Shown piece by piece: positions 1-8,736 of a stretch of DNA of 59,798 bases. Every line of letters begins with the position of its first letter. The stretch's first letter is position 1. Made by a program: the position numbers and the translations under genes. The notes under the pieces are model-generated. The model saw nothing but the letters and a program-made list of their open reading frames with translations. It had not been told where the DNA came from and did no database searches. The stretch is from NCBI GenBank assembly GCA_949841325.1, contig CATKZK010000005.1, forward strand, positions 1-59,798. The letters run 5' to 3'. Origin of the DNA: an uncultured Bacilli bacterium. GTDB taxonomy: Bacteria > Bacillota_I > Bacilli_A > RF39 > UBA660.

Positions 1-62
1 ACTTACCTACAATAAGATAAGTCTCTTTTTACAATATAGTCGACATAACTATTTGGTTATAT

Positions 63-686
63 TTATTGCTCTTTTTCTTCATATTTACACATTTTTTTAA
101 AAGGACAATTCTCACATAAAGGTTTTCTTGCTGTACAAAAGTGTCTTCCAAAAAGTAATAGCTGATGATGAAGTTTTAAAAAACTTTCTCCTTCAAAATA
201 AGCACATAGTTTATTTTCTACTTCAACAACATCATCAGATACTAACGCTAAACCAAGACGTTTTGCTACTCTTTCAACATGCGTATCAACAGCAAAGGCT
301 TGTTCATTAAAGAGATTTGAAAGGATTACATTGGCTGTTTTCCTTCCTACACCAGGTAAGTTTTCTAAAAACTCACGATTATTTGGAACACTTCCATTAC
401 ACTCTGTGACTAGTCGCTTTGCTATTTCAATCATAAAGCCACTCTTTTTGTTCATATTTCCACAAGGCCTTATAATATCAATAATATCTTCTTTGTTTGC
501 ATGGGCTAAAGTAAAAATGTCATACTTGGAAAAAAGGATAGGAGTTACTTGATTAACTCGTTCGTCTGTGCATTGAGCTGAAAGCATAACAGCAATTAAT
601 AATTCATAATCTTTTGTATAATGAAGGGAACATTTTGGATCAGGAATTAAAGTGTCTAATATATTTAAAACGTCTTCCCTATTCAT
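63..686 (-). CDS. nth: Endonuclease III
   Basis: LLIAVMLSAQCTD, HhH LPGVGRKTAN, AVDTHV, C-x6-C-x2-C-x5-C Fe-S motif. Confidence 0.97.
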   Translation of the reverse strand: MNREDVLNILDTLIPDPKCSLHYTKDYELLIAVMLSAQCTDERVNQVTPILFSKYDIFTLAHANKEDIIDIIRPCGNMNKKSGFMIEIAKRLVTECNGSVPNNREFLENLPGVGRKTANVILSNLFNEQAFAVDTHVERVAKRLGLALVSDDVVEVENKLCAYFEGESFLKLHHQLLLFGRHFCTARKPLCENCPFKKMCKYEEKEQ

Positions 687-1317
687 TTTCTAACCAATTA
701 TAATCAAAAAGATCTGCTGAAGCAGAAGATTCTGACTCTTTCTTATATCCACGCACAATATCATGTTTGCTTTTGTATCCCTTTTCTTGCCATGTAAGCA
801 ATATCTTACTGATATAACGAAGACTCTTAGCATTATTTAATGTAGCTTCTCTCAAAGCTTCTTCAATTAACTCCTCATTCATTCCTTGTCTCAACCAATC
901 ATCAATAATTTCATATTCCATAGGTGATAAACCTCTTCCAAATTCACTTTCAAATATTTCAAACAAATTGCTCTTTTTTTCCTTTTTATGCTCTTTTGCA
1001 AGTTCACTCGAAACATGTTTAATCACATTATCACAACTGATAATTTCGCTTCTCGTTCCATCTTTTGCTTTGATAACATTCATGCTAATTAAATTAATCC
1101 CAACAAGTCTTGTAAACGCCTCCATTATTTCTTCTTCACTTAAATAAACACTGGAAGAGATATTTTCAATATTTAAAGTAGGTTCCTCTTGATTCATAAA
1201 ATAAATCAAAAGAATCATTTCATTTAAAGAGAGTCTTAATTCTACAGCGACTTTTAAAAGATAATTTTTTACAATAAAATCTTTCCCTTTAAGGGTCTTA
1301 AATACCACATCATTCAT
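679..1317 (-). CDS. dnaD: DnaD primosome/replication protein
   Basis: FESEFGRGLSPMEYEII..W, SLRYISKILLTW; dnaD-nth order as in Bacillus. Confidence 0.93.
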   Translation of the reverse strand: MNDVVFKTLKGKDFIVKNYLLKVAVELRLSLNEMILLIYFMNQEEPTLNIENISSSVYLSEEEIMEAFTRLVGINLISMNVIKAKDGTRSEIISCDNVIKHVSSELAKEHKKEKKSNLFEIFESEFGRGLSPMEYEIIDDWLRQGMNEELIEEALREATLNNAKSLRYISKILLTWQEKGYKSKHDIVRGYKKESESSASADLFDYNWLENE

Positions 1318-2413
1318 GCTCTTCCCTCCAGTTTACTAAAATATAATCTTTAATTTCTTCATAATCATTATGTAAACGGTTTTCTAAAATGGACAATTCA
1401 ACATCATATAAAATCTTTTTTATTTTTTCACTGGGTTCTATCTTTAAAAGTTTCATAATATCATCCCCATTTATTACAATATCTTTTGCAGAATAAATAG
1501 GCATATTCTTATAGACTTCACTGACATCACTATGAGAGATATTTAAAATATCAGCAGCTATAATAGAAAGATAAAGTCCATACTCATATAAAACCATACT
1601 ATCAATAATGCCATAATGAAGAATCTTTTTTATACTCGCGATTTCTTCCTTTTCCTCTTTCGTAAATGGATATTTTTCACTATAGTTAATCTGAGCCCAA
1701 ATGCCAAGAGGATGACAAGATACATTTAGTTCTTTAGGTATTTCGATTTCAAGAACATCTTCTAATTTGTATTCTTGAATATAAGAAAGTGCTTTATCTG
1801 GTGTTGATCCTGCAAAAATAGCATTTAATTCTTCTTTTTTACGTGTAAAGCTTAGTGACACTAACAATTGTTTATTTTGTATAATAAATTGAGTTAATTT
1901 GGGATCTAAAGAAAAATTTAAGGAAGAGGCAAAACGAATAGCACGCAGAATTCGAAGAGGATCTTCAATCATTTTCTCAAAAACATCTCCAATGACACAA
2001 ATTGTTCTCTCCTCTAAATCTTTTTTCCCTCCTAAAAAATCATGAATATTACCATCTTTATCCATATAAAGAGCATTAATTGTAAAATCTCTTCTCAATA
2101 AGTCCTCTTCTACAGTTTCTGTAAATTCAAGTTCAGTAGGTCTTCTATTTTCATATTTTTTTTCCACACGAAAAGTTGTAATATCATAATTATAAAGAGA
2201 GTCTTTCATGCTAACTGTGCCATAAGATTCTTCCCCTTTTAAGTCAAATATACGTTTAACTTCTGCAGAGGATGCCGATGTTGCAATATCGACATCGTAA
2301 CTTATATTCCCTAGTAAATAATCACGAACAAAGCCTCCCACAACATAAGCAGTATAACCCTCTTCTTCTAATTTTGTTAATACATTTTTAATCTTATTAT
2401 TCACAACTTTCAC
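1310..2413 (-). CDS. cca: CCA tRNA nucleotidyltransferase
   Basis: VVGGFVRD, DVD, DLLRRDFTINA, EDPLRILRAIRF. Confidence 0.93.
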   Translation of the reverse strand: MKVVNNKIKNVLTKLEEEGYTAYVVGGFVRDYLLGNISYDVDIATSASSAEVKRIFDLKGEESYGTVSMKDSLYNYDITTFRVEKKYENRRPTELEFTETVEEDLLRRDFTINALYMDKDGNIHDFLGGKKDLEERTICVIGDVFEKMIEDPLRILRAIRFASSLNFSLDPKLTQFIIQNKQLLVSLSFTRKKEELNAIFAGSTPDKALSYIQEYKLEDVLEIEIPKELNVSCHPLGIWAQINYSEKYPFTKEEKEEIASIKKILHYGIIDSMVLYEYGLYLSIIAADILNISHSDVSEVYKNMPIYSAKDIVINGDDIMKLLKIEPSEKIKKILYDVELSILENRLHNDYEEIKDYILVNWREEHE

Positions 2414-2490
2414 CTATCAAAAGTATAACATATTATAGGCATAAAAAAAAGAAGTTCAATGATATTTCATTCATTGAAACTTCTTCATTC

Positions 2491-2652
2491 TTAGCATTTC
2501 TTTCGAGAAACACCATAGCGAATTGCACTTCCAAAAGCACGACCTAAATCCATCATCACACCTACTACTTTACAAACAGAATTGATAAATGAATTATTGA
2601 TTTGAAGCGCTCCGCCTATAACTTGATCTAGTTCTTCATATCTTAGCTCCAT
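2491..2652 (-). CDS. Double-glycine leader peptide 2 (53 aa, MELRYEELDQVIGG|ALQINNSFINSVCKVVGVMMDLGRAFGSAIRYGVSRKKC); class IIb bacteriocin-like
   Basis: Not in ORF track; translated by hand. Start overlaps upstream stop (TAATG); leader parallels peptide 1; GxxxG motif. Confidence 0.85.
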   Translation of the reverse strand: MELRYEELDQVIGGALQINNSFINSVCKVVGVMMDLGRAFGSAIRYGVSRKKC

Positions 2653-2792
2653 TACTTATTGCACTTGAGTGGACGAAGATACCCATCAATTGCTCCGATA
2701 AGGAAGCTAACTAATCCACCAATTGCAACAGCTAATCCAATTTTAAAACCGCCACCTACAATTTGGTTTAATTCTTCATGGTTTAGTTCCAT
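2652..2792 (-). CDS. Double-glycine leader peptide 1 (46 aa, MELNHEELNQIVGG|GFKIGLAVAIGGLVSFLIGAIDGYLRPLKCNK); lactobin A/cerein 7B-like
   Basis: AAAGGAG RBS before ATG 2792; EELxxIxGG leader; hydrophobic GxxxG core; directly downstream of C39 transporter. Confidence 0.88.
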   Translation of the reverse strand: MELNHEELNQIVGGGFKIGLAVAIGGLVSFLIGAIDGYLRPLKCNK

Positions 2793-2805
2793 CTCAATCT
2801 CCTTT

Positions 2806-4812
2806 CTATATCTTAATGATTCGTTCAAATAAATCTTGCCCATTTTTATGAGAAATATAAAGAATAGTTTGTTCTTTATATTGAATAAACAAATTTTTTA
2901 AAATCTCTCTTTCTAAATCTTCACTCACTTCTGATAAAGTCTCGTCTAATAACAAAATATCTTTTTTCTGAAGAAGGGTTCTTGCGAGTATAATTCGTTG
3001 GCGTTCTCCACCTGATAGCTCTTCTCCCCCATTATAAAGAAACGTATCATATTGAAAAGGTCTCCGTTGTGTGATTTCTTCTATTTTACATAGAGAACAC
3101 ACCTGATCAAACTCTTTCTTTGAAACCATTCTTCCCATCAAAATGTTTTCTCTTATTGTTCCTTTAAATAAACTTTCACTTTGTGAGGCATAGCTCAAGT
3201 GTTCCCTTAAAGAAGTTTTCGATAATTTCAAAATATCTTTTTTGCCAATAGAAATAGTTCCTTTGAAATCTTCATATTCACGATTTAAAAGTCTACAAAG
3301 TGTTGACTTACCACTTCCACTTTTTCCTTGAATAAATATCTTTTCTCCTCTTTTAATCGTTTCATTTACATTTTCTAAAACGATATGTTTTTGACCATAA
3401 GAATAAAACACGTTTTGAATCAAAATATCACCATTTTGAAAAGTTTCGCCTTCCTTTTTCTCTTCTTCCAAATCATAAAATTCATTTACCTGCATAATAA
3501 TGCTTTTATAATAAATTAAACTAGGGATAAAATTTGCAAGCCCTTCAACAGAAGAAGTCAATAAAGCATTAAGGCTACTTAAAGCTAAAATAGAAGTAAA
3601 AGCGAGCTCTCCTCTTTGGTAAAGAAGAATAAGTAAAGTATAATGAACGAGTTCAAAAAATGCCAGTAGAAATCTTTTTACCGTTTTTTGTTTTGCCATA
3701 TAGACTTCACACTTTTTAGAGTCTTTCAAATAATGATGAATAAACTCGTGAAACTTCTTAAAAACAAAATGTTCTGCATTAGCATGATGAATACTCGTTA
3801 ATCCATGAGAAAAATCAATGATTTCAGCATGATAATTCGTGTCAGATGAAATAACTTCTCTAATATGTTCTCCTATATCTCGACTACTTATTCCAACATA
3901 AAGTAAATACACAGTTGCAAAAAGAAAAAAAACAATAGCCGATGCAAAGGAAATAGTAAAGACAATAAAACAAGCAAGAATCAGAATAAGCAGTTGGATA
4001 CTTCCATTGATGTAAAAATCAGTAAGTGTTCCTTCTACTTCTTCAATATCTTCCATTTTCTTGACCAATTCTCCTGAATCTTTAAGATAAATATAATTTA
4101 AGGGGAGACATAAGATATGTTTGAAAAAATCAGGTAATATGCGTTTTGATAAATTGTAATGAAGTTGACTTTTCATACATTCAGTTCGATAATCAATAAC
4201 AGTCTTCAAAAGAAGAAGAATTAAAAAAATACTCAAGATATGAATCATGTGATTACTTTGAAGTAAAATATTCATATAAAGACTAAGTAGAATGGTTATT
4301 ATAATAGAAAATAAAATAAACAATATCATGTTTAGAATTAATCTCAATTCCTTCTTTCCTGCTGTTTCAATCATTCTCTTTAATTTTTTTAAGTCTGTAT
4401 GCTCCACGACAACATTCTTTGGAAATAAAGCAATAACATTGCCCGTAAATATTCTCATAAATTCATCTATCTTTACTTTTCTTATTCCACACGCTGGATC
4501 CATGAGAGTACAAACACCTTTTTCTACTTTGTAAAGTACTAAAAAGTGAGAAAGAGATTGGTTTATTTTGACATGAGCAATAACGGGAAGTAATTCCGAT
4601 TTTATCTCGTCAATTTTAAGTCCTTTGGCTTCAAAACCATATTTTTTAGCACATTCAATTAGATTTAAAGCGCTTACTCCTGTGTGTGTTGTTGATGAAT
4701 GAAAGCGAATATTTTCTAAACTAGCATTTCCACCATAAAAACGCATAATCGATAATAAAGAACAGGCTCCACAATCACTAACTTCGTTCTGAAGCACAAT
4801 CCATTTTTTCAT
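2806..4812 (-). CDS. Peptidase C39-containing ABC transporter (PCAT)
   Basis: QNEVSDCG catalytic Cys, H..DPA, TM domain, Walker A GKSGSGKST, LSGGERQ, LLLDE. Confidence 0.93.
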   Translation of the reverse strand: MKKWIVLQNEVSDCGACSLLSIMRFYGGNASLENIRFHSSTTHTGVSALNLIECAKKYGFEAKGLKIDEIKSELLPVIAHVKINQSLSHFLVLYKVEKGVCTLMDPACGIRKVKIDEFMRIFTGNVIALFPKNVVVEHTDLKKLKRMIETAGKKELRLILNMILFILFSIIITILLSLYMNILLQSNHMIHILSIFLILLLLKTVIDYRTECMKSQLHYNLSKRILPDFFKHILCLPLNYIYLKDSGELVKKMEDIEEVEGTLTDFYINGSIQLLILILACFIVFTISFASAIVFFLFATVYLLYVGISSRDIGEHIREVISSDTNYHAEIIDFSHGLTSIHHANAEHFVFKKFHEFIHHYLKDSKKCEVYMAKQKTVKRFLLAFFELVHYTLLILLYQRGELAFTSILALSSLNALLTSSVEGLANFIPSLIYYKSIIMQVNEFYDLEEEKKEGETFQNGDILIQNVFYSYGQKHIVLENVNETIKRGEKIFIQGKSGSGKSTLCRLLNREYEDFKGTISIGKKDILKLSKTSLREHLSYASQSESLFKGTIRENILMGRMVSKKEFDQVCSLCKIEEITQRRPFQYDTFLYNGGEELSGGERQRIILARTLLQKKDILLLDETLSEVSEDLEREILKNLFIQYKEQTILYISHKNGQDLFERIIKI

Positions 4813-4971
4813 CTATCAAATACCTCCTCTCACTTATTATGTTACCGAAAAAAAGTGAAATTACTTTTTTTTCATGCTATTTTTTTAAAAAATTTTTTTA
4901 GAAGAAAAAGTAATTCACGTTTTTTATGTGTATATAAATAGTAGAGAAAGAGATTTAGAGAGGAGATTTGT

Positions 4972-5022
4972 ATGTTTCGTCTACTTCGTGCATTCGTGCA
5001 TCTTCTTTTAACTGTCATTTAG
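4972..5022 (+). CDS. Putative 16-aa small protein MFRLLRAFVHLLLTVI
   Basis: GAGAGGAG RBS 6 nt before ATG; hydrophobic/amphipathic; not in ORF track. Confidence 0.45.
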   Translation: MFRLLRAFVHLLLTVI

Positions 5023-5050
5023 TCATAAAACAAAAGTTATTCCATATAAT
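5023..5050 (+). promoter_or_regulatory. sigma-E-like promoter of spoIIIAH
   Basis: TCATAaa-N13-CATAtaaT matches B. subtilis sigE consensus. Confidence 0.55.
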
Positions 5051-5071
5051 GTAACAGTTATGGGAGGACAT

Positions 5072-5563
5072 ATGATAAATAAAACGAATTTATGGTTTTT
5101 AACCCTATCAAGCATTATTTTAGTTCTTGCAATCTATTATATTGCAATACCATCAAGTGAAACGAGTTTAGTTTTTTCATCAAATCCAGAAAGTGAAAAG
5201 ATCGAAACAAACATCCAAGAAAGTGAAGTTTTAACCGCAATGCGCGTAACGAAGGAAGAAGAACATTTAGAAAGCATTCAAACCCTTCAAGAAATACTAT
5301 TAAATACTTCAAAGTCTGTTGATGAAAAAAATGAAGCCTATGAACAAATTCAATATTTAAATTCGACAAAAGCATTAGAAGAAAAATTAGAAAGTACAAT
5401 TAATAACACCTTCAATGTTTCCTCTTTTGTTGAACTAAAAGACAATAAAGCAAAAATTGTAATCGTAGGAAAAAAACACTCTTACACACTAGCAAATGAT
5501 ATTATCAATGAAGCAAACAAAGAATTAAATAATGCTTACTATGTTACAGTAAAGTTTGAATAA
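5072..5563 (+). CDS. spoIIIAH: SpoIIIAH-like protein
   Basis: N-terminal LWFLTLSSIILVLAIYY anchor, coiled region, C-terminal RBM-like ..YVTVKFE; GGAGG RBS before ATG 5072. Confidence 0.8.
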   Translation: MINKTNLWFLTLSSIILVLAIYYIAIPSSETSLVFSSNPESEKIETNIQESEVLTAMRVTKEEEHLESIQTLQEILLNTSKSVDEKNEAYEQIQYLNSTKALEEKLESTINNTFNVSSFVELKDNKAKIVIVGKKHSYTLANDIINEANKELNNAYYVTVKFE

Positions 5564-5565
5564 CC

Positions 5566-5595
5566 CACACGAAAACATATATTTAACATAAAATA
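5566..5595 (+). promoter_or_regulatory. sigma-K-like promoter of gerE
   Basis: CAC-N16-CATAaaaTA; gerE is sigK-dependent in B. subtilis. Confidence 0.5.
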
Positions 5596-5626
5596 TAATG
5601 GTTAGATATATGAAAGTGAGGTTATC

Positions 5627-5836
5627 ATGAAAACAAATCTTTTAACTCCAAGAGAAAAAGAAATATTCAATTTATTAATTGTAGGAAAATCGACAAAAGA
5701 TGTAGCCGTTCAACTAAAAATCAGTGAGAAAACCGTTAGAAATCATATCTCTAATGTCATGCAAAAGCTTGAAGTTAAAACGCGCTATCATGCAGTCATT
5801 GAGCTCTTAAAACTTGGAGAGTTAAATTTAAAATAA
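5627..5836 (+). CDS. gerE: GerE, stand-alone LuxR-type late sporulation regulator
   Basis: LLTPREKEIF..ISEKTVRNHISNVMQKL..AVIELLKLGEL closely follows B. subtilis GerE; next to gerM. Confidence 0.88.
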   Translation: MKTNLLTPREKEIFNLLIVGKSTKDVAVQLKISEKTVRNHISNVMQKLEVKTRYHAVIELLKLGELNLK

Positions 5837-5858
5837 GTCACATTTTGTGACTTTTTTT
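5835..5858 (+). terminator. Intrinsic terminator after gerE
   Basis: AAGTCACA-tttt-(T)GTGACTT followed by T run. Confidence 0.7.
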
Positions 5859-5893
5859 AATGCTTCTATCATATATTTAGTAGGTGGTCTTAA

Positions 5894-6826
5894 ATGTTAA
5901 AAAGAAAAGCTTTTAAAAAAATATGCCTTATTATTTCCTGTCTTTTAGTCGTCGAAATTATCTTGCTTTTTCCAAAAGAAAAAGAAGTTGGTTCTCTAAA
6001 TCATACTATTGATACAGGCATTCTTTATCTATTAGATGACAATAATTATGTTTCAAGAGTTGATTATCTTTATAATGCTCAAAAAACCGAAGATCTCATT
6101 CGCGAAATGGTAGAAGCTCTTACGATAAATAATGCAAAATCTTTAAAAATTCGTTCTGGATTTAAAGCTGTATTGCCAGAAAAAACAAAACTACTCTCTC
6201 TTTCTATTGAGGGAACTTGTGTTACCTTAAATTTTTCTAAAGAACTTTTAGAAATAGACTCAAAAACCGAAGAAAAAATGCTAGAGGCATTAATCTACAG
6301 TATTACAACGATTGAAGAAATCGACTCCATCATTTTAAAAGTAGAGGGCAATCAATTAGAATATCTTCCTCATTCAAAGAAAAAACTTCCTGCCATTTTA
6401 GACCGAAGTTTTAAAATTAATAAAGAATACAATCTCAAATCTATGCAAAATATTACAGAAACGACGATTTATTATCTTGCAAAGAAAGACGATTATCTCT
6501 ATTACATTCCTGTAACAAAATACACTAATAGCAATAAAGAGAAAATCGAAATTATTATCGATGAATTAAAAAGCTCTACAACCTATAATACAAATCTTAT
6601 CAGCTATCTTAAAGAAGAAACTGAACTGATTAACTATGAACTTTTAGACAAATCCCTTCTTCTAAATTTTAATGATCAAATTTTAAATGATATTAACACC
6701 AATAATATCATTGAAGAAGTTACTTATGCGATTGATTTATCCGTAAGTGAAAACTATCAAGTCGATACAGTCTTTTATTCTGTCGACGATCAACTATTAA
6801 ATCATTCTTTCTTATTTCTTGGATGA
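5894..6826 (+). CDS. gerM: GerM (two GerMN domains)
   Basis: GFKAVLPEKTKLLSLSIE..LNFSKE; YYIPVT; tandem GerMN pattern; gerE-gerM synteny. Confidence 0.82.
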   Translation: MLKRKAFKKICLIISCLLVVEIILLFPKEKEVGSLNHTIDTGILYLLDDNNYVSRVDYLYNAQKTEDLIREMVEALTINNAKSLKIRSGFKAVLPEKTKLLSLSIEGTCVTLNFSKELLEIDSKTEEKMLEALIYSITTIEEIDSIILKVEGNQLEYLPHSKKKLPAILDRSFKINKEYNLKSMQNITETTIYYLAKKDDYLYYIPVTKYTNSNKEKIEIIIDELKSSTTYNTNLISYLKEETELINYELLDKSLLLNFNDQILNDINTNNIIEEVTYAIDLSVSENYQVDTVFYSVDDQLLNHSFLFLG

Positions 6827-7695
6827 GCATGTAAATAGATATCCTTAATACGATCATTGGTTAAATGCGTATAGATACTTGTTGTACTTAGATTAACATG
6901 CCCCAAAAGCTCTTGTACACTTTTCAAATCACATCCCTCATTTAAAAGCATTGTAGCAAAAGTGTGCCTGAATGTATGTGGAGTAACTTTATTCTTTAAT
7001 GTGCATTTATGTAAAATTTTGTCTAAGATATCGCGAACACCCCTGTCCGTCAAATCTCCTCCAAGATGATTGATGAATAGACGATTACTTGTTTTATTTT
7101 TTAAAAGAAGAGGTCTTGCATTCTCTATATAACGAAGCAAGGCCTTTTCGCAATATTCATTAAAATAACAAATTCGTTCTTTATTCCCTTTTCCTAAGAC
7201 CTTAATTTCTCTAGTACTAAACTGTATATCTGAAATCCTAATCGCAATGATTTCTCCAATACGAGCCCCCGTTGCAAGAAGAAGTTCTAAAAGTGCTCGA
7301 TTGCGAATGCCAAGTGGTGTTTCATCACAAGTTTCAACAAGCATTTCAAATTCCGAATATTTCATATAATTAGGCAACTTTTTTTCATTCTTTGGTCCAT
7401 TAACCAATGAAAAAGGATTCGCCTTTATGACATTTTCTCTTAATAAATAGTTATAAAAACTCCGCAAAGAAGATAAATGGCGATTAATGCTAGTACTTTT
7501 TAATTTTTCTTTTTCCTTTAAATATTTCACATATACCATAATCTCTTTATACGTTATTTTTTTAAAAGAGAGATGATTTTCATAGAGGTAATTAGAAAAA
7601 TCTTCAACATCGAACAAATAATTCTGTTCTGTATAATCAGAATAATTTCTTTCTGTCCGAAGATACTGCAAAAAGCGATTAACATACTCTTCCAT
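6802..7695 (-). CDS. xerC: XerC/CodV-type tyrosine recombinase
   Basis: RNRALLELLLATGARIGE, VLGKGNKER, TPHTFRHTFAT, LLGH, catalytic Y in TSIYTH. Confidence 0.88.
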   Translation of the reverse strand: MEEYVNRFLQYLRTERNYSDYTEQNYLFDVEDFSNYLYENHLSFKKITYKEIMVYVKYLKEKEKLKSTSINRHLSSLRSFYNYLLRENVIKANPFSLVNGPKNEKKLPNYMKYSEFEMLVETCDETPLGIRNRALLELLLATGARIGEIIAIRISDIQFSTREIKVLGKGNKERICYFNEYCEKALLRYIENARPLLLKNKTSNRLFINHLGGDLTDRGVRDILDKILHKCTLKNKVTPHTFRHTFATMLLNEGCDLKSVQELLGHVNLSTTSIYTHLTNDRIKDIYLHAHPRNKKE

Positions 7696-7696
7696 A

Positions 7697-8683
7697 TTAT
7701 TTCACCAATAGACTTGGTCTACCATCACTATAATCTGCGGGATCGAAATCATCTCCTACTTCTTCTGACATACTGCTCTTACACTTTTCATAATATAACG
7801 CCATATCATAATGATACAAAAACATACCCAAATCACATAAATTGCGCTCTTGTACTTTGTAAGTTCCATTTTCAACTTTAAACTCTTTTGTTTTACGATC
7901 ATATTGGTAAAGCAAAAGCGCTAAGAAATCTTTTGAGTATTTTATATAACTCTTTTCTTCACTGCTAACAGTATCTAAATAGCAAAGACCTTCCTCTTCT
8001 ATTTGATGAATAAGCAAATGAATCTCCTTTAAATAACGTAAAGAAGGAATTTTAGCTTTATCAGGATAATTATATTGAAACAGTAAAATTAAATCGGCTG
8101 GTGAACTAGACAATTGATCATGTAATTGCTCTAAGAAATGTGTGCAAGACTCTCCTGCTTTAAACTGCTTTCTAAGTTTAAGTAAAATTTTCTTCATTTC
8201 TTCTGTAAAAGGTTTTGAAAGTAATATTGTAATAAAGGATTCAAAATTCTCATAGGTTCTACGATATTCGATTGAATACATCAGCTTATTTAGAAAATCA
8301 TGTTTTTTTAAATAATAAGCGTATAAGGCATCAATAAACGCAGTATTGTATTTTTGTCTTTCGATTTTTTCCTTTACTTCTTCTAACGAAAAGTAAGAAG
8401 TACTGTCTTTAAAATAGAGAGTATGCCCATTTGTAATGCGCTCATATTCACGATTTTTTAAGCTCCCTTTGATATATCCAAATTCACTTTCGCTTTCTTC
8501 GATGATCTGATGATCTATTAAATATTTTAAAAATGCATCCCTGTTTTCAAAAGAAAGAGTAAAACGAATAATGTCCATAATTTCATTTGGAACATCATTC
8601 CCCCTATCGTCTACTAACTTTAAAGGTTTCCATTCAATTCCCTTTTTAATTCCTAAATAATATGCCATATCTTTACCCTCCAT
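7697..8683 (-). CDS. Hypothetical protein
   Basis: 328-aa ORF, no recognised motif. Confidence 0.7.
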   Translation of the reverse strand: MEGKDMAYYLGIKKGIEWKPLKLVDDRGNDVPNEIMDIIRFTLSFENRDAFLKYLIDHQIIEESESEFGYIKGSLKNREYERITNGHTLYFKDSTSYFSLEEVKEKIERQKYNTAFIDALYAYYLKKHDFLNKLMYSIEYRRTYENFESFITILLSKPFTEEMKKILLKLRKQFKAGESCTHFLEQLHDQLSSSPADLILLFQYNYPDKAKIPSLRYLKEIHLLIHQIEEEGLCYLDTVSSEEKSYIKYSKDFLALLLYQYDRKTKEFKVENGTYKVQERNLCDLGMFLYHYDMALYYEKCKSSMSEEVGDDFDPADYSDGRPSLLVK

Positions 8684-8736
8684 TTATTTTATTATACAAA
8701 AAAAAGAAAGAACATAGCAATACATTCTTCCGTTTT

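Noticed and set aside
1351-1378. TTATGTAAAC resembling the XerD arm of dif
   Set aside because: Inside cca, with no matching XerC arm at 6-bp spacing
2793-2843. Longer start for peptide 1 given by the ORF track
   Set aside because: Overlaps the transporter; RBS and leader homology indicate ATG 2792
6802-7695. Tyrosine recombinase as a prophage/ICE integrase or shufflon invertase
   Set aside because: Length and motifs fit housekeeping XerC/CodV; no att pair, inverted cassettes or phage genes nearby
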